Of a stretch of DNA of 64,000 nucleotides, positions 1 to 8,891 are shown in pieces (the stretch's first letter is position 1; each line of letters begins with the position of its first letter). A program made the position numbers and the translations under genes. Under the pieces are notes generated by a model that saw only the letters and a list, made by a program, of their open reading frames with translations, did not search any database and was not told where the DNA came from. Origin of the DNA: Planctomycetota bacterium (GTDB taxonomy: Bacteria > Planctomycetota > UBA8108 > SXIK01); assembly GCA_965223845.1 (NCBI GenBank), contig CBDCXR010000004.1, forward strand, positions 640,001-704,000, written 5' to 3'.

Positions 1-2
1 AG

Positions 3-320
3 GTCGTAGGGGTCCACGTTTCGACGATCAGCCGTGCGATCAGCGACAAGTACATGCAGACGCCCCGCGGGATCTATCCGATGAAGTTCTTCTTCACCGG
101 CGGCGCCTCGAAGAGCGACGGCTCGACCGAGGCACGCGGGAGCGTGATCCACCGGATCAAGGCGCTGATCGAGGCGGAGGACAAGAAGACGCCGCTCAGC
201 GACATCGAGATCGCTCGTCTTCTCAGCGAGCGTTTCGACGTCAAGATCTCGCGGCGAACCGTGACGAAGTACCGCGAATCGGAGGGGATTCCCTCGTCGC
301 GGGAACGTCGCGAATATTGA
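3..320 (+). CDS. rpoN: RNA polymerase sigma-54 factor, C-terminal part (5' truncated by window edge)
   Basis: Frame open from base 3: VHVSTISRAISDKYMQTPRG (HTH), PLSD motif and RpoN box variant SRRTVTKYRE. Confidence 0.96.
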   Translation, partial: VVGVHVSTISRAISDKYMQTPRGIYPMKFFFTGGASKSDGSTEARGSVIHRIKALIEAEDKKTPLSDIEIARLLSERFDVKISRRTVTKYRESEGIPSSRERREY

Positions 321-718
321 CAGTTCGCCCGGTCGGCTCGGGCGCCGGTCGCCCGCGGAGGCGGCGAGTCCCGGGTCTCGCGCCGGGTACGTTCGTTGCA
401 GACTCGCTCGCGCGGTCGGCCCGGACGGACTGGCAATGGGCGAAAGGCGCCCTAAAATTACGCCGAATGGCCCTCCCGAAATCCGTTCGTCGAGACCCAT
501 CGCGCAGCCGCGCCGTGATCGCCGTTCGCGATCGGCGCGGCGGTGGCGTCTCCTCCCGCCGCGCGTCTCCCTTCCCGATCGAGTCCCAACGTACCCGAGC
601 CCGAGAGATCGGCCGCGTGCATCCGTCCCGTGCCGGATCGGCCGCGCGTGGAAGCTCCACCAGCTTCCGACCCACCCTCGAATCCGATCCGCGGCTCGCT
701 CCGGCGAGGTGAGAACCC

Positions 719-1657
719 TTGATCGAAGTTCACGAGCTCACGAAAAGCTTCGGCGGCGTCCGCGCGCTCCGCGAAGTGTCCTTTACCGTCGAAGAGGGTG
801 AGATCCTCGGCTTCCTCGGGCCGAACGGCGCGGGAAAGTCGACGACGATGCGCATCCTCACCGGCTTTCTTCCCGGCGACTCCGGTACCGTGCGTGTCGC
901 CGGCCACGACGTGAGCACCGATTCTCTCGTCGTGCGCAGAGAGCTAGGATATCTTCCCGAGGGCGTTCCGCTCTACCCGGAGATGCGGGTCTCCGAGTAC
1001 CTGCGCTTCCGCGCGCGCCTCAAGGGCGTGCCGCGTCGAGAGCGTGGGGCTTTCATCGGGAAGGCGCTCGAGCAGACCGGGACGACGGAAGTGAGCCGCC
1101 AGATCATCGGAACGCTCTCCCGCGGTTTCCGTCAGCGCGTCGGGCTCGCCGACGCCCTCCTCGCCGAGCCGCGGGTGCTCATCCTCGATGAGCCGACGGT
1201 CGGACTCGATCCCGAGCAGGTGCGGCAGTTCCGCGAGCTTCTCCGCAGCGTCGGAAGAGATCGGACCGTCATCCTCTCGACCCACATACTGAGCGAGGTC
1301 GAGATCGTGTGTTCCACCGTCGCGATCATTCGGAAGGGAACCGTCGTCGCGCGCGATCGCGCTTCGGACCTGCGGCGCCGGGTGAAGAGCTTCAACCGCG
1401 TCGTCGCCGAAATCTCCGGACCGGAAGACGCGGTGCGCCGCCGGCTCCGAGGGATCGAGAGCGTCTCCGATGTCACCGTCGAATCGCTCGGGGAGGGGTT
1501 CGGGCGGTTCGTCATCGACATCGAGAACGATGGCGATCTGCGCGCGCAGGTCTTCGACAGCGTTCGCGATTCCGGCTGGCGGCTTCGCGAGCTGCGGCGT
1601 GAGGAATCTTCGCTCGAAGACGTGTTCGTCGAGATCGTCGGCGAGGTGACGACATGA
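719..1657 (+). CDS. ABC transporter ATP-binding protein, GldA-like
   Basis: Walker A GPNGAGKST, signature-like LSRGFRQR, Walker B LILDEPT, H-loop LSTH; TTG start. Confidence 0.93.
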   Translation: MIEVHELTKSFGGVRALREVSFTVEEGEILGFLGPNGAGKSTTMRILTGFLPGDSGTVRVAGHDVSTDSLVVRRELGYLPEGVPLYPEMRVSEYLRFRARLKGVPRRERGAFIGKALEQTGTTEVSRQIIGTLSRGFRQRVGLADALLAEPRVLILDEPTVGLDPEQVRQFRELLRSVGRDRTVILSTHILSEVEIVCSTVAIIRKGTVVARDRASDLRRRVKSFNRVVAEISGPEDAVRRRLRGIESVSDVTVESLGEGFGRFVIDIENDGDLRAQVFDSVRDSGWRLRELRREESSLEDVFVEIVGEVTT

Positions 1658-2400
1658 CCGCGGCGCTGAACGTCTGGGCGGTGTTTCGCCGCGAGATGGG
1701 GAGCTACTTCCTCTCGCCGATGGCGTACATCGTGCTCTTCGTGTTCCTCCTCGTGAACGGCGCGCTCTTCTGCGTGTTCTCCTACACGTCGGCGGGACAC
1801 CCGCAGCAGATCACCGTCATCATCGAAGACTTGTTTCAGTTCTCTATCTGGTTGCTTCCCCTCCTCACCCCGGTCCTCACGATGCGGCTCTTCGCCGAGG
1901 AGAAGCGCACGGGGAGCCTCGAGCTCCTCATGACCGCGCCCGTTCGCGAGGTCGAGGTCGTCCTCGGGAAGTACTTCGCCGCGCAAGGCTTCTACGCTGT
2001 CGTCTGGCTCTCGCTCGCGCCGCTCCTCGGCATCCTCGCCGTTCTCGGCGACCCGGATTGGGGCCCGGTGATCGCCGTCTACTTCGGGCTCTTTTCGCTC
2101 GGCTTTCTCCTCAACTCGATCGGTGTCCTCGCGTCCGCCGGCACGCGGAACCAGCTCGTCGCGGCAGTCGTCGCGCTCAGCGGCAACCTCTTCTTCCTCC
2201 TTCTCACGATGCTCGGAACGTTTTTTCAGGGGGACGTGGAGGTGAGGCGGCTCGTTCAGTACGTGAGCTTTCGCTGGCACTTTCTCCTCGATTATCTCCG
2301 CGGGGTCGTCGACCTTCGCTACCTCGCGTTCTACCTCAGTTTCGCGGCTCTCTTTCTCTTCTTCTCCGTGCGGGTGCTGGAGGCGCGCAAATGGCGGTGA
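1654..2400 (+). CDS. ABC-2 type permease, GldF-like
   Basis: About six hydrophobic helices; TMRLFAEEKRTGSLELLMTAP motif; ATGA overlap with the ATPase gene. Confidence 0.9.
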   Translation: MTAALNVWAVFRREMGSYFLSPMAYIVLFVFLLVNGALFCVFSYTSAGHPQQITVIIEDLFQFSIWLLPLLTPVLTMRLFAEEKRTGSLELLMTAPVREVEVVLGKYFAAQGFYAVVWLSLAPLLGILAVLGDPDWGPVIAVYFGLFSLGFLLNSIGVLASAGTRNQLVAAVVALSGNLFFLLLTMLGTFFQGDVEVRRLVQYVSFRWHFLLDYLRGVVDLRYLAFYLSFAALFLFFSVRVLEARKWR

Positions 2401-3953
2401 GCACAGCGGCGAGCCCGACGAAGAAGCGATCGGCGTCGTTTGGAGGACGAGCGCGCTGGGCCGGCCGACTCCGCGTCACGGTGGGAGTCGTGCTCTCCTT
2501 CTACATCGTGTTTCTCCTCAATCTGATCGTGTTCCGCCATCCGGTTCGGTTCGACTTGACCGCGGAGTCGACGCATACGCTCTCCCCGGGGACGCGGAAG
2601 CAGCTCGAGCTGATCGGCGAAGAGATCCGCGTTCTCATCCCGCGCTACAATCAGATTCAGAATCCGGCGCACGCGGCCGAGCGGCGCGTGCTCGACCGCG
2701 CTCGGCGTCTTCTCGAAGAGTACATGGTCGCGCAGCCTCGCATCCGGATCGTCGCGGAGGTCGACGTTCTCCGCGAGCCCGAGGAATGGACCAGCGTTCG
2801 GACTCGCTACGGCCTCACGGCGAACCAAGTGAATCGATTCGTCTTCCTCGCCGGGCCGGCGAACGAGTATCGCCAGACGGTCATGCCGAGGGACCTCGCG
2901 ACGTTCAAGGAGTCGCCCGACCCGCGGGTTATGGAGCCGGAAGTCGTCGCCTACCGCGCGGAGAAGGCGCTGACCGACGCGCTCAAGCGACTCGTGTTTC
3001 GCGAACGGAGACCGGTCTACGTCACGCAGGACAAGGGCGAAGTGCCGCTTCAGCCGCGCTCGCAGCTCGAGCCCGGCCTCAGCGTCTTTCGGCGCGAGCT
3101 CGAGACGTCCGGTTTCGAGGTGCGCCCGCTCGCGCTCGGGGCCGTCGACGAGATCCCTCCCGATTGCGCCGTGCTCGCGATCGTGCGTCCGGTGACCGAG
3201 TTCGAGCCGGTCGAGCTCCGGCGCATCGAGCGATATCTGAACGACGGGGGAAAGCTCATCGTCGCGCTGGGACCGACGGCCACGGGCCTCGAGGCCGTGC
3301 TCGAGAAATGGGGCGTCGGCTGCGGCGACGGGGTCGTCGTCGAGCGGCGGTTGTCGGGAACCGCGCGGCTCGATTCGAAGGAGCCGACCGCCACGCGATT
3401 CCACCCGACCCATCCGATCACGCGTGTCTTTCGCGACGCCTCGCGCTTCGAAGTGCAGCTTTACGCGCCGCGTCCGCTCGCTCCCGGCGGAGCGGGACGT
3501 GGGCTCGAGGGACTCAGCTTGCTCGATCTCGTATCGAGTCCGTCGACGGGTCGCAGCTTCTATCTCGTCGATCGAGACCGCCGCGGCGACGCGGCGGCCA
3601 TGGCGCCGACACCGGGAGACTTCAGTGTCGCGGTCGCGGTGCGCCAGCAAGTTCCCGACCGCCCACCGGCCGGATTCCAGCGGATCTCGACGCGCCTCGT
3701 GGTCGTCGCGGGAGCGAGTCTGTTCGCCGACCCGAAGCTCCCTCAGTTCTCCCACCGCGACTTCGTGATGAATTCGATCAACTGGCTCGTCGGCCAGGAT
3801 GAGCTCGCGACGATCGGTGGTGAGGAGTGGGTGAAGCGAACGCTCAAGTCGGGCCGCGAGATTCGCCAGTTCCTGTTTTGGGCGCCGGTGGTCGTCTTTC
3901 CGGGAGTGTGTCTCCTCATCGGTGTCGTCGTCTACTTCGTGAGGCGTTCGTGA
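2391..3953 (+). CDS. GldG-like ABC transporter auxiliary component
   Basis: Start reassigned to ATG 2391 (MAVSTAAS); N-terminal TM, RFDLT..HTLS motif, FVMNSINWL and C-terminal TM typical of GldG-family proteins. Confidence 0.85.
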   Translation: MAVSTAASPTKKRSASFGGRARWAGRLRVTVGVVLSFYIVFLLNLIVFRHPVRFDLTAESTHTLSPGTRKQLELIGEEIRVLIPRYNQIQNPAHAAERRVLDRARRLLEEYMVAQPRIRIVAEVDVLREPEEWTSVRTRYGLTANQVNRFVFLAGPANEYRQTVMPRDLATFKESPDPRVMEPEVVAYRAEKALTDALKRLVFRERRPVYVTQDKGEVPLQPRSQLEPGLSVFRRELETSGFEVRPLALGAVDEIPPDCAVLAIVRPVTEFEPVELRRIERYLNDGGKLIVALGPTATGLEAVLEKWGVGCGDGVVVERRLSGTARLDSKEPTATRFHPTHPITRVFRDASRFEVQLYAPRPLAPGGAGRGLEGLSLLDLVSSPSTGRSFYLVDRDRRGDAAAMAPTPGDFSVAVAVRQQVPDRPPAGFQRISTRLVVVAGASLFADPKLPQFSHRDFVMNSINWLVGQDELATIGGEEWVKRTLKSGREIRQFLFWAPVVVFPGVCLLIGVVVYFVRRS

Positions 3954-5908
3954 TGACTTGGCGCACGAATCTCACGCTGCTCATCGTCAGCGTTGCGCTT
4001 ACTCTCTACTTCCGCGCGTTCGAAGCTCAGCCGCCCTCCTGGGACCGGCTCGGCCTCGTCTTCGATCGTCTCGAGGCGAGCGAGATCGTCGAGCTCGAGC
4101 TCTCGCAGCCCGCAGCGAGCAACGACGCCGCGGCGGGCGCCGACACGCGAGCCATTCGACTTCGATTCGAAGGGCGTCACGGCGGCCTCCCGGCGTGGTG
4201 GCTCGTCGAACCGATCGAATTTCCGGCCTTCCACCCGCGCGTGCGCGGGCTCACCGGAGAGCTCGCGGACCTCGTGCGCGTGGCGGAAGCACCGGGCGCT
4301 GAGGTGTTCGACGGACCGCCGCAGATTCGGGCTCGATTCAAAACGCGGGATGGCGTCGAGCGAACGCTCGACATCGGTCCGGACCACCCGGACGCGACGC
4401 TCGGACTCTGCTACGCCCGGCTGGGCGACGAGACGTTTACGATCCGCACTCGCGCGCGACTCAACCTGACCGTGAAGCTCACGGACTTGCGCAGTCGAGC
4501 CTTGGTTCCGATCTCCCGCGATCGGATGACCGCGATCGAACTCGCGCGCGCCGGTGAACGAGCTCTTCGCCTCGAGCGCGCCAAGGGGGCGGCGCGAGAT
4601 GAGGGCCTCGTCTGGGAAGATCGCTGGCGCCTCGTCCACCCGCTCGAGTCGCTCGCGGATCGGGACAACGTCGAGACGCTCGCCGACGCGCTCAACTCGT
4701 GGACGATTCGCGAGTTCGTCGACGATGCGGCGACCGACGATGTCCTCGCGCGAGCAGGACTCTCTCCCCCGCGATTCGGCATCGAGGTTTCCCCTAAGGA
4801 AGGTCCCGCGGTCCGCCTCGAAATCGGCGGTGACGTCCCGGAGGTCGACGGGGGGACCGGCGAGCGTTTCGTGTACGTGCGTCCGGCGGGAACGCGCTTC
4901 CTCTTCGCGGCCGAAAGAACGCTCGTCGATTCGCTCGCGAAGCCGGTCGACGAGTATCGGAGTCGATTCGTATTCGATCTCGGGGCGGCCGAGGTCGTTC
5001 GCATCGAGGTCGATGTCCTCTCGGGCGAAGCTCCGCCGATCTCGTTTACTTTGCGTCGCCTCGAGATCTCCCGCGGCGAGCGCCACGCCGGCGAGCGCGA
5101 GCACGCGGAGCGCCACGCTTGGCGCGTGGAAACGGGTGACGATACTTACGCGGCCGATCGCGATCGCATCGCGGAGGTCCAGCGCGAGCTCCGGTTTCTC
5201 GCGATCGAGAAGTTCGTTCCGCCCGCCGAGCGCGCCGCGAGCGGCGTCGACGAACCGCGTGCGCGCGTCCGGTTCGCGCTCGACTCCGGGCGGGAGCTCG
5301 AGCTACTCGTCGGACCGAAGAGCACGGATCCGCTCGACGAGGGCGTCGAGGTGTACGCGGTCGCGCGCGCCGACGAATCGGGCGCCTATCTCGTGCTTTC
5401 GCGTCTCTCTCGGTGGGCCGCGAGCGGCGCGGACGAGTTTCGTGATCGCTTTCTCTCCGACGTCGAGCCGACACGCGTGATCGAGGTGACACTCCAGCAC
5501 GGCGGTCGTTCGTGGTCGGCGATGCGTCTTCCCGGCGAGAAGTCGTGGAACCTCTCCGACGAAACCAGCATCGCTCCGGGGCTGACGCTTCAGTCGCGAC
5601 TCTTCGATGACCTGATCGAGGAGCTTCACCGCGATGTTTTCCGGGCGGAGCGATTTTTCTCGGGCGAGCCGACCGCGGCGTCCGGCTTGGCGGGCGGAGG
5701 GGCGGTGTCGACCGTCGCGGTCGAGGTCGACGGCCCGTCGGCTCGATTTCGGACGCTCTACATCGGGAACCCCGTGGCCGGCAGTTCGCCCCTCGAGTAC
5801 CATGCGCGAGTCGACGACGCGGCGGTGCCGGTGTTCACGATCGGGGCCAAAGTTCCCGAGCTCGCTCGGAAGATCCGCGAGCACATCACCGCGATCTCGT
5901 CGCCGTGA
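3953..5908 (+). CDS. DUF4340-like periplasmic protein (repeated modules)
   Basis: ATG 3953 overlaps the upstream TGA; N-terminal anchor; repeated W-x-L-x-x-P...AD...GL-x-x-P...L-x-IG pattern; usual partner of GldAFG operons. Confidence 0.72.
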   Translation: MTWRTNLTLLIVSVALTLYFRAFEAQPPSWDRLGLVFDRLEASEIVELELSQPAASNDAAAGADTRAIRLRFEGRHGGLPAWWLVEPIEFPAFHPRVRGLTGELADLVRVAEAPGAEVFDGPPQIRARFKTRDGVERTLDIGPDHPDATLGLCYARLGDETFTIRTRARLNLTVKLTDLRSRALVPISRDRMTAIELARAGERALRLERAKGAARDEGLVWEDRWRLVHPLESLADRDNVETLADALNSWTIREFVDDAATDDVLARAGLSPPRFGIEVSPKEGPAVRLEIGGDVPEVDGGTGERFVYVRPAGTRFLFAAERTLVDSLAKPVDEYRSRFVFDLGAAEVVRIEVDVLSGEAPPISFTLRRLEISRGERHAGEREHAERHAWRVETGDDTYAADRDRIAEVQRELRFLAIEKFVPPAERAASGVDEPRARVRFALDSGRELELLVGPKSTDPLDEGVEVYAVARADESGAYLVLSRLSRWAASGADEFRDRFLSDVEPTRVIEVTLQHGGRSWSAMRLPGEKSWNLSDETSIAPGLTLQSRLFDDLIEELHRDVFRAERFFSGEPTAASGLAGGGAVSTVAVEVDGPSARFRTLYIGNPVAGSSPLEYHARVDDAAVPVFTIGAKVPELARKIREHITAISSP

Positions 5909-6151
5909 TCGCGGAATTCGGGGCTGGTGTGCCGGGCGCCGAGCCAGCGTCCCCGGCGGTCGGCGCGGGCGCTTAGCCCGCATCTCCCGCCGCATCCGGG
6001 GACCCGGCGAATCGTGAATGGATCCGGGGGCACGGCCCAGACCGGAGGTGCGTTCCGCACGCCGCTCGATCGAGGTGGGGACGCAACCGATGCTCGGTCG
6101 GCGACTTGCGGTCGAGGAGGGAGGATGCTCGTGAGAACTCCGGGCTAACGA

Positions 6152-6538
6152 ATGGACGGTCTGACGTGCGATGCGTGTGACGCCGGTCTGCTGCTCGATT
6201 CCGATGTCCGCTACGTCGTCAAGGTCGAGGGATACGCAGCGTACGATCCCCTGGAGCTGACCGCTGACGATCTGCGCCGGGACCTCGAAGCCGAGATGCG
6301 CGATGTCGTGTCCCGGCTGTCGAGCCAAAGCGCGGCCGAGGCGGAAACCGACGTTCACCGTGCGTTCGAGTTCGATCTCTGTCCTCGGTGCTGGCGGCAG
6401 TTCGCCGGGGATCCGCTCGCCGCCGTGAAGGCGGCTTCGAGCCGAGGATCGCCCCGGGGCACAGAAAACTCGGAGGACGAGCGCGGGGCGGACGGCGACG
6501 CGGGCCGGCCGACCGACGACCCCGGGTCGGAAGCCTAG
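6152..6538 (+). CDS. Small hypothetical protein with two CxxC pairs (putative zinc binding)
   Basis: CDAC near the N-terminus and FDLCPRC near the C-terminus; RYVVKVE-x-YAAYDP core. Confidence 0.75.
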   Translation: MDGLTCDACDAGLLLDSDVRYVVKVEGYAAYDPLELTADDLRRDLEAEMRDVVSRLSSQSAAEAETDVHRAFEFDLCPRCWRQFAGDPLAAVKAASSRGSPRGTENSEDERGADGDAGRPTDDPGSEA

Positions 6539-6634
6539 CCCGGAGACGTAGACGCGTCTTAGAGCTGGGGAGCTACGCTCACGCCGGCGAAGCTGGTTGG
6601 GACGCGAGGGAACCGATCGAAAACGTGTAAAAGG

Positions 6635-6722
6635 ATAGAAAAGCCAAGGAGATCAAGAGATTGGTGGTTGGTGGAGTGATCTCTCAATTTTACGTGGTGG
6701 TGGACAACCCCGGCTTTTCTAT
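6635..6722. repeat. Perfect 11-bp inverted repeat enclosing a 7-bp inner inverted repeat in an AT-rich intergenic patch
   Basis: ATAGAAAAGCC (6635-6645) / GGCTTTTCTAT (6712-6722); inner GAGATCA / TGATCTC. Confidence 0.6.
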
Positions 6723-7268
6723 TCCATTTCCTCTGTTTTCTTCAGTTTCATCGCTGTCCGTGAGGAGCGCGCGATGGTGGTTCGCGGAGCCGTCCCCGGG
6801 CGATTCGCCCGAGCGGATGTCTCTCGACGGAGAGTTCACGCCGTTTGGGGATCGACTGGCTCCTACGCGAGAATCAGGCTGACGAACTTCGCGGGCTCAA
6901 CTCGGCTGCTGCTTCTTCGGGGTCTCGAGAGGGTCTCGCTCGGATGCAACTCTACGGGTGCCGGATTCCGTCCTTCCACCGGACGGCGCGCTCTCGAGTC
7001 TCTTGTTTCGCCTGTCTTCCAAACGCCCGATCGCTTCGAGCACGCTCCGGGGATTCCGGGGGCCAGCGCGTGGCGTTGTTCCTTGGGCGATCGTAGCCGT
7101 CGGCGACGGGGCGCCGATCAGCCGATCAAGTCGGGCACTGGACGATTCGATCTTGCTACCGATTCCTGCGCATTCTTGGGGCCGGTTCCGTGACCCGACG
7201 CGCTGGGTTGGGTATTCTGAGGTCCGAGTGCGACGTCCACCAAATGCCTGATCATTGAGGTCTGTTCG

Positions 7269-8414
7269 GTGCGAGTCAAGAAAAAAAACTCGGTGCTCGG
7301 GCGGTGTTCTCGCGAACGTATCTCCCTCGCCGGTAGGACCTTGTGCTCGCTCGCGGCACTCGCATTGCTGTCCGTCGGAGGAGTCGTCCTGATCGGGGCG
7401 AGCGGGCCCCGCGTCGCTGCCCAGAGCTCGACCGAACCCCCGGTCGCGAACTCGGCGGACGGCGAGCCGGCTCCGGCCGGGAAGGACGAAGGTCGCGCCG
7501 CGGAAGCCGGAGAGGCGCCGGCCGGCGAGGCGGGCGACGCGATGTTCCTCGAGCTCCGCGAGCGGTTTCTGGATCGAGACTCCATCCGGCGGGACGTGGA
7601 CGAGTTCGCCGCCGCCCTCTTCGAGAGGGCTCGCGGCGAGTCTCCCGCGCGGCTCGGTCGCGCTCGTCGCTTGGCCGCGGAGGCCTATGAGATCGCCGGT
7701 CGCTTCAAGGACGCGCGGCGCGTCTACGGCGAGCTCGCGCGGTTGGGTCCGCTCGACGAGCACCGCGCTTTCGGGCTCTTCGCGCTCGGCCAGGATCGAT
7801 TCGAGCGAGAGTTCTACTTCGAGCGACGCGGGAAAACGGGCGCGACGCTCCCCGGCGCGAGCACCTACTGGGATCTCCTCGTGCGGAACCATCCCGATTC
7901 GCGCTGGACGCAGCAAATCGCGCGGCCCCGGCGGTACTTGAGTCTAGCGGCGGGCGGCCAACCCATCCCTCGATTCGAGGCGGAGTTCGCGATCCCCGGT
8001 GGTGCGGCTGAGACCATTTCTTCGGAGAGCCTGGCGGGGAAGGTCGCGTTCCTACACTTCTGGCGCGCGGGGAACGGTGTCGAGCGCGATCGCGGAGCCG
8101 AGATCGACGCCGCGGTGAGAGGCACCCTCGAGAGCTTTCCCGACCTCGCAGGGCGGCTCGTGTACGTGGGGATCAACGTCGACGCAGACGAGGCACTCTT
8201 TCGCGAGGCGCGCTCGCGCTGGAAGACCGCTCGGCCGGAGCACCACGCCGGTAGTTTCTCCGCGCCGCTCGTCGAGGCCTTCGCCCTTCCGCGCGTGCCG
8301 CACTGGGTCGTCATCGGGCACGACGGCATCGTCCGTTTCATCGGGGCCGATTACCCGCGCTTTCAGGAGGCGGGCGGATTGGCGATGCGTCGAGCGCGCG
8401 GACTCGACGAGTAG
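7269..8414 (+). CDS. Exported protein with helical (TPR-like) region and C-terminal thioredoxin/TlpA-like fold lacking CxxC
   Basis: Hydrophobic N-terminal segment; LAGKVAFLHFW, YVGINVD and VPHWVVIGHDGIVRF match the TlpA layout. Start codon uncertain. Confidence 0.65.
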   Translation: MRVKKKNSVLGRCSRERISLAGRTLCSLAALALLSVGGVVLIGASGPRVAAQSSTEPPVANSADGEPAPAGKDEGRAAEAGEAPAGEAGDAMFLELRERFLDRDSIRRDVDEFAAALFERARGESPARLGRARRLAAEAYEIAGRFKDARRVYGELARLGPLDEHRAFGLFALGQDRFEREFYFERRGKTGATLPGASTYWDLLVRNHPDSRWTQQIARPRRYLSLAAGGQPIPRFEAEFAIPGGAAETISSESLAGKVAFLHFWRAGNGVERDRGAEIDAAVRGTLESFPDLAGRLVYVGINVDADEALFREARSRWKTARPEHHAGSFSAPLVEAFALPRVPHWVVIGHDGIVRFIGADYPRFQEAGGLAMRRARGLDE

Positions 8415-8891
8415 ATCCGCGGTCGGGGAGCCTGCCGCCCTTCGGGAACTCGCTCGACCGCGCACGCTCGCCTCGACCGCTGCGGCTCCGCCACATCTCG
8501 TTGCGTGCGTCGGCGGGCCGAGGTGAATCGAGAGCTGAGTGATGCGCGCGGCTTACGCAGCCGCACTCGTCTCCGAGAGGAGCTTCATCGCCCGTAGCGT
8601 TCAGTGCGCGGGTGCATTTGAGCGTGACGTCGCGCGTGATGGTCGTTCGTTCGGATTCCATCGCCGCCGCGTCCGAGTGTCGCCATGTCCATCGTGTGGG
8701 GTGGTTAGATCCGACCAGGCATTTTGTGCAGGTTTTTTTGCCCGAGGTTTTTTTGTGGATCGCGTTTCTACGGAGATGTAGTTGTCGATAGTCGTCACCT
8801 CTATTAGGCGTTGGAGCTAGTTTTGAATCTACTCTCTAAAGCGTAGTGCAAACGTTTAGGGAGTGTTCAAGCCATTCGGAAGGGGGTTCCC

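Noticed and set aside
431-460. GGCAA..GGGCG-AAAGG-CGCCC hairpin as a c-di-GMP (GEMM) riboswitch
   Set aside because: Lacks the GACGCAAA junction and second stem; more likely a promoter region (TGGCAA-N16-TAAAAT).
2058-2390. N-terminal extensions given by the ORF track for several genes (GldG-like, citrate synthase, gcvPB, def, accA, vWA copies 1 and 3)
   Set aside because: They overlap upstream genes or have non-protein-like composition; downstream starts with an RBS or coupled overlap fit better.
6621-6750. Replication origin or dif site
   Set aside because: Only one imperfect DnaA-like box, no dnaA/dnaN context and no XerD arm.
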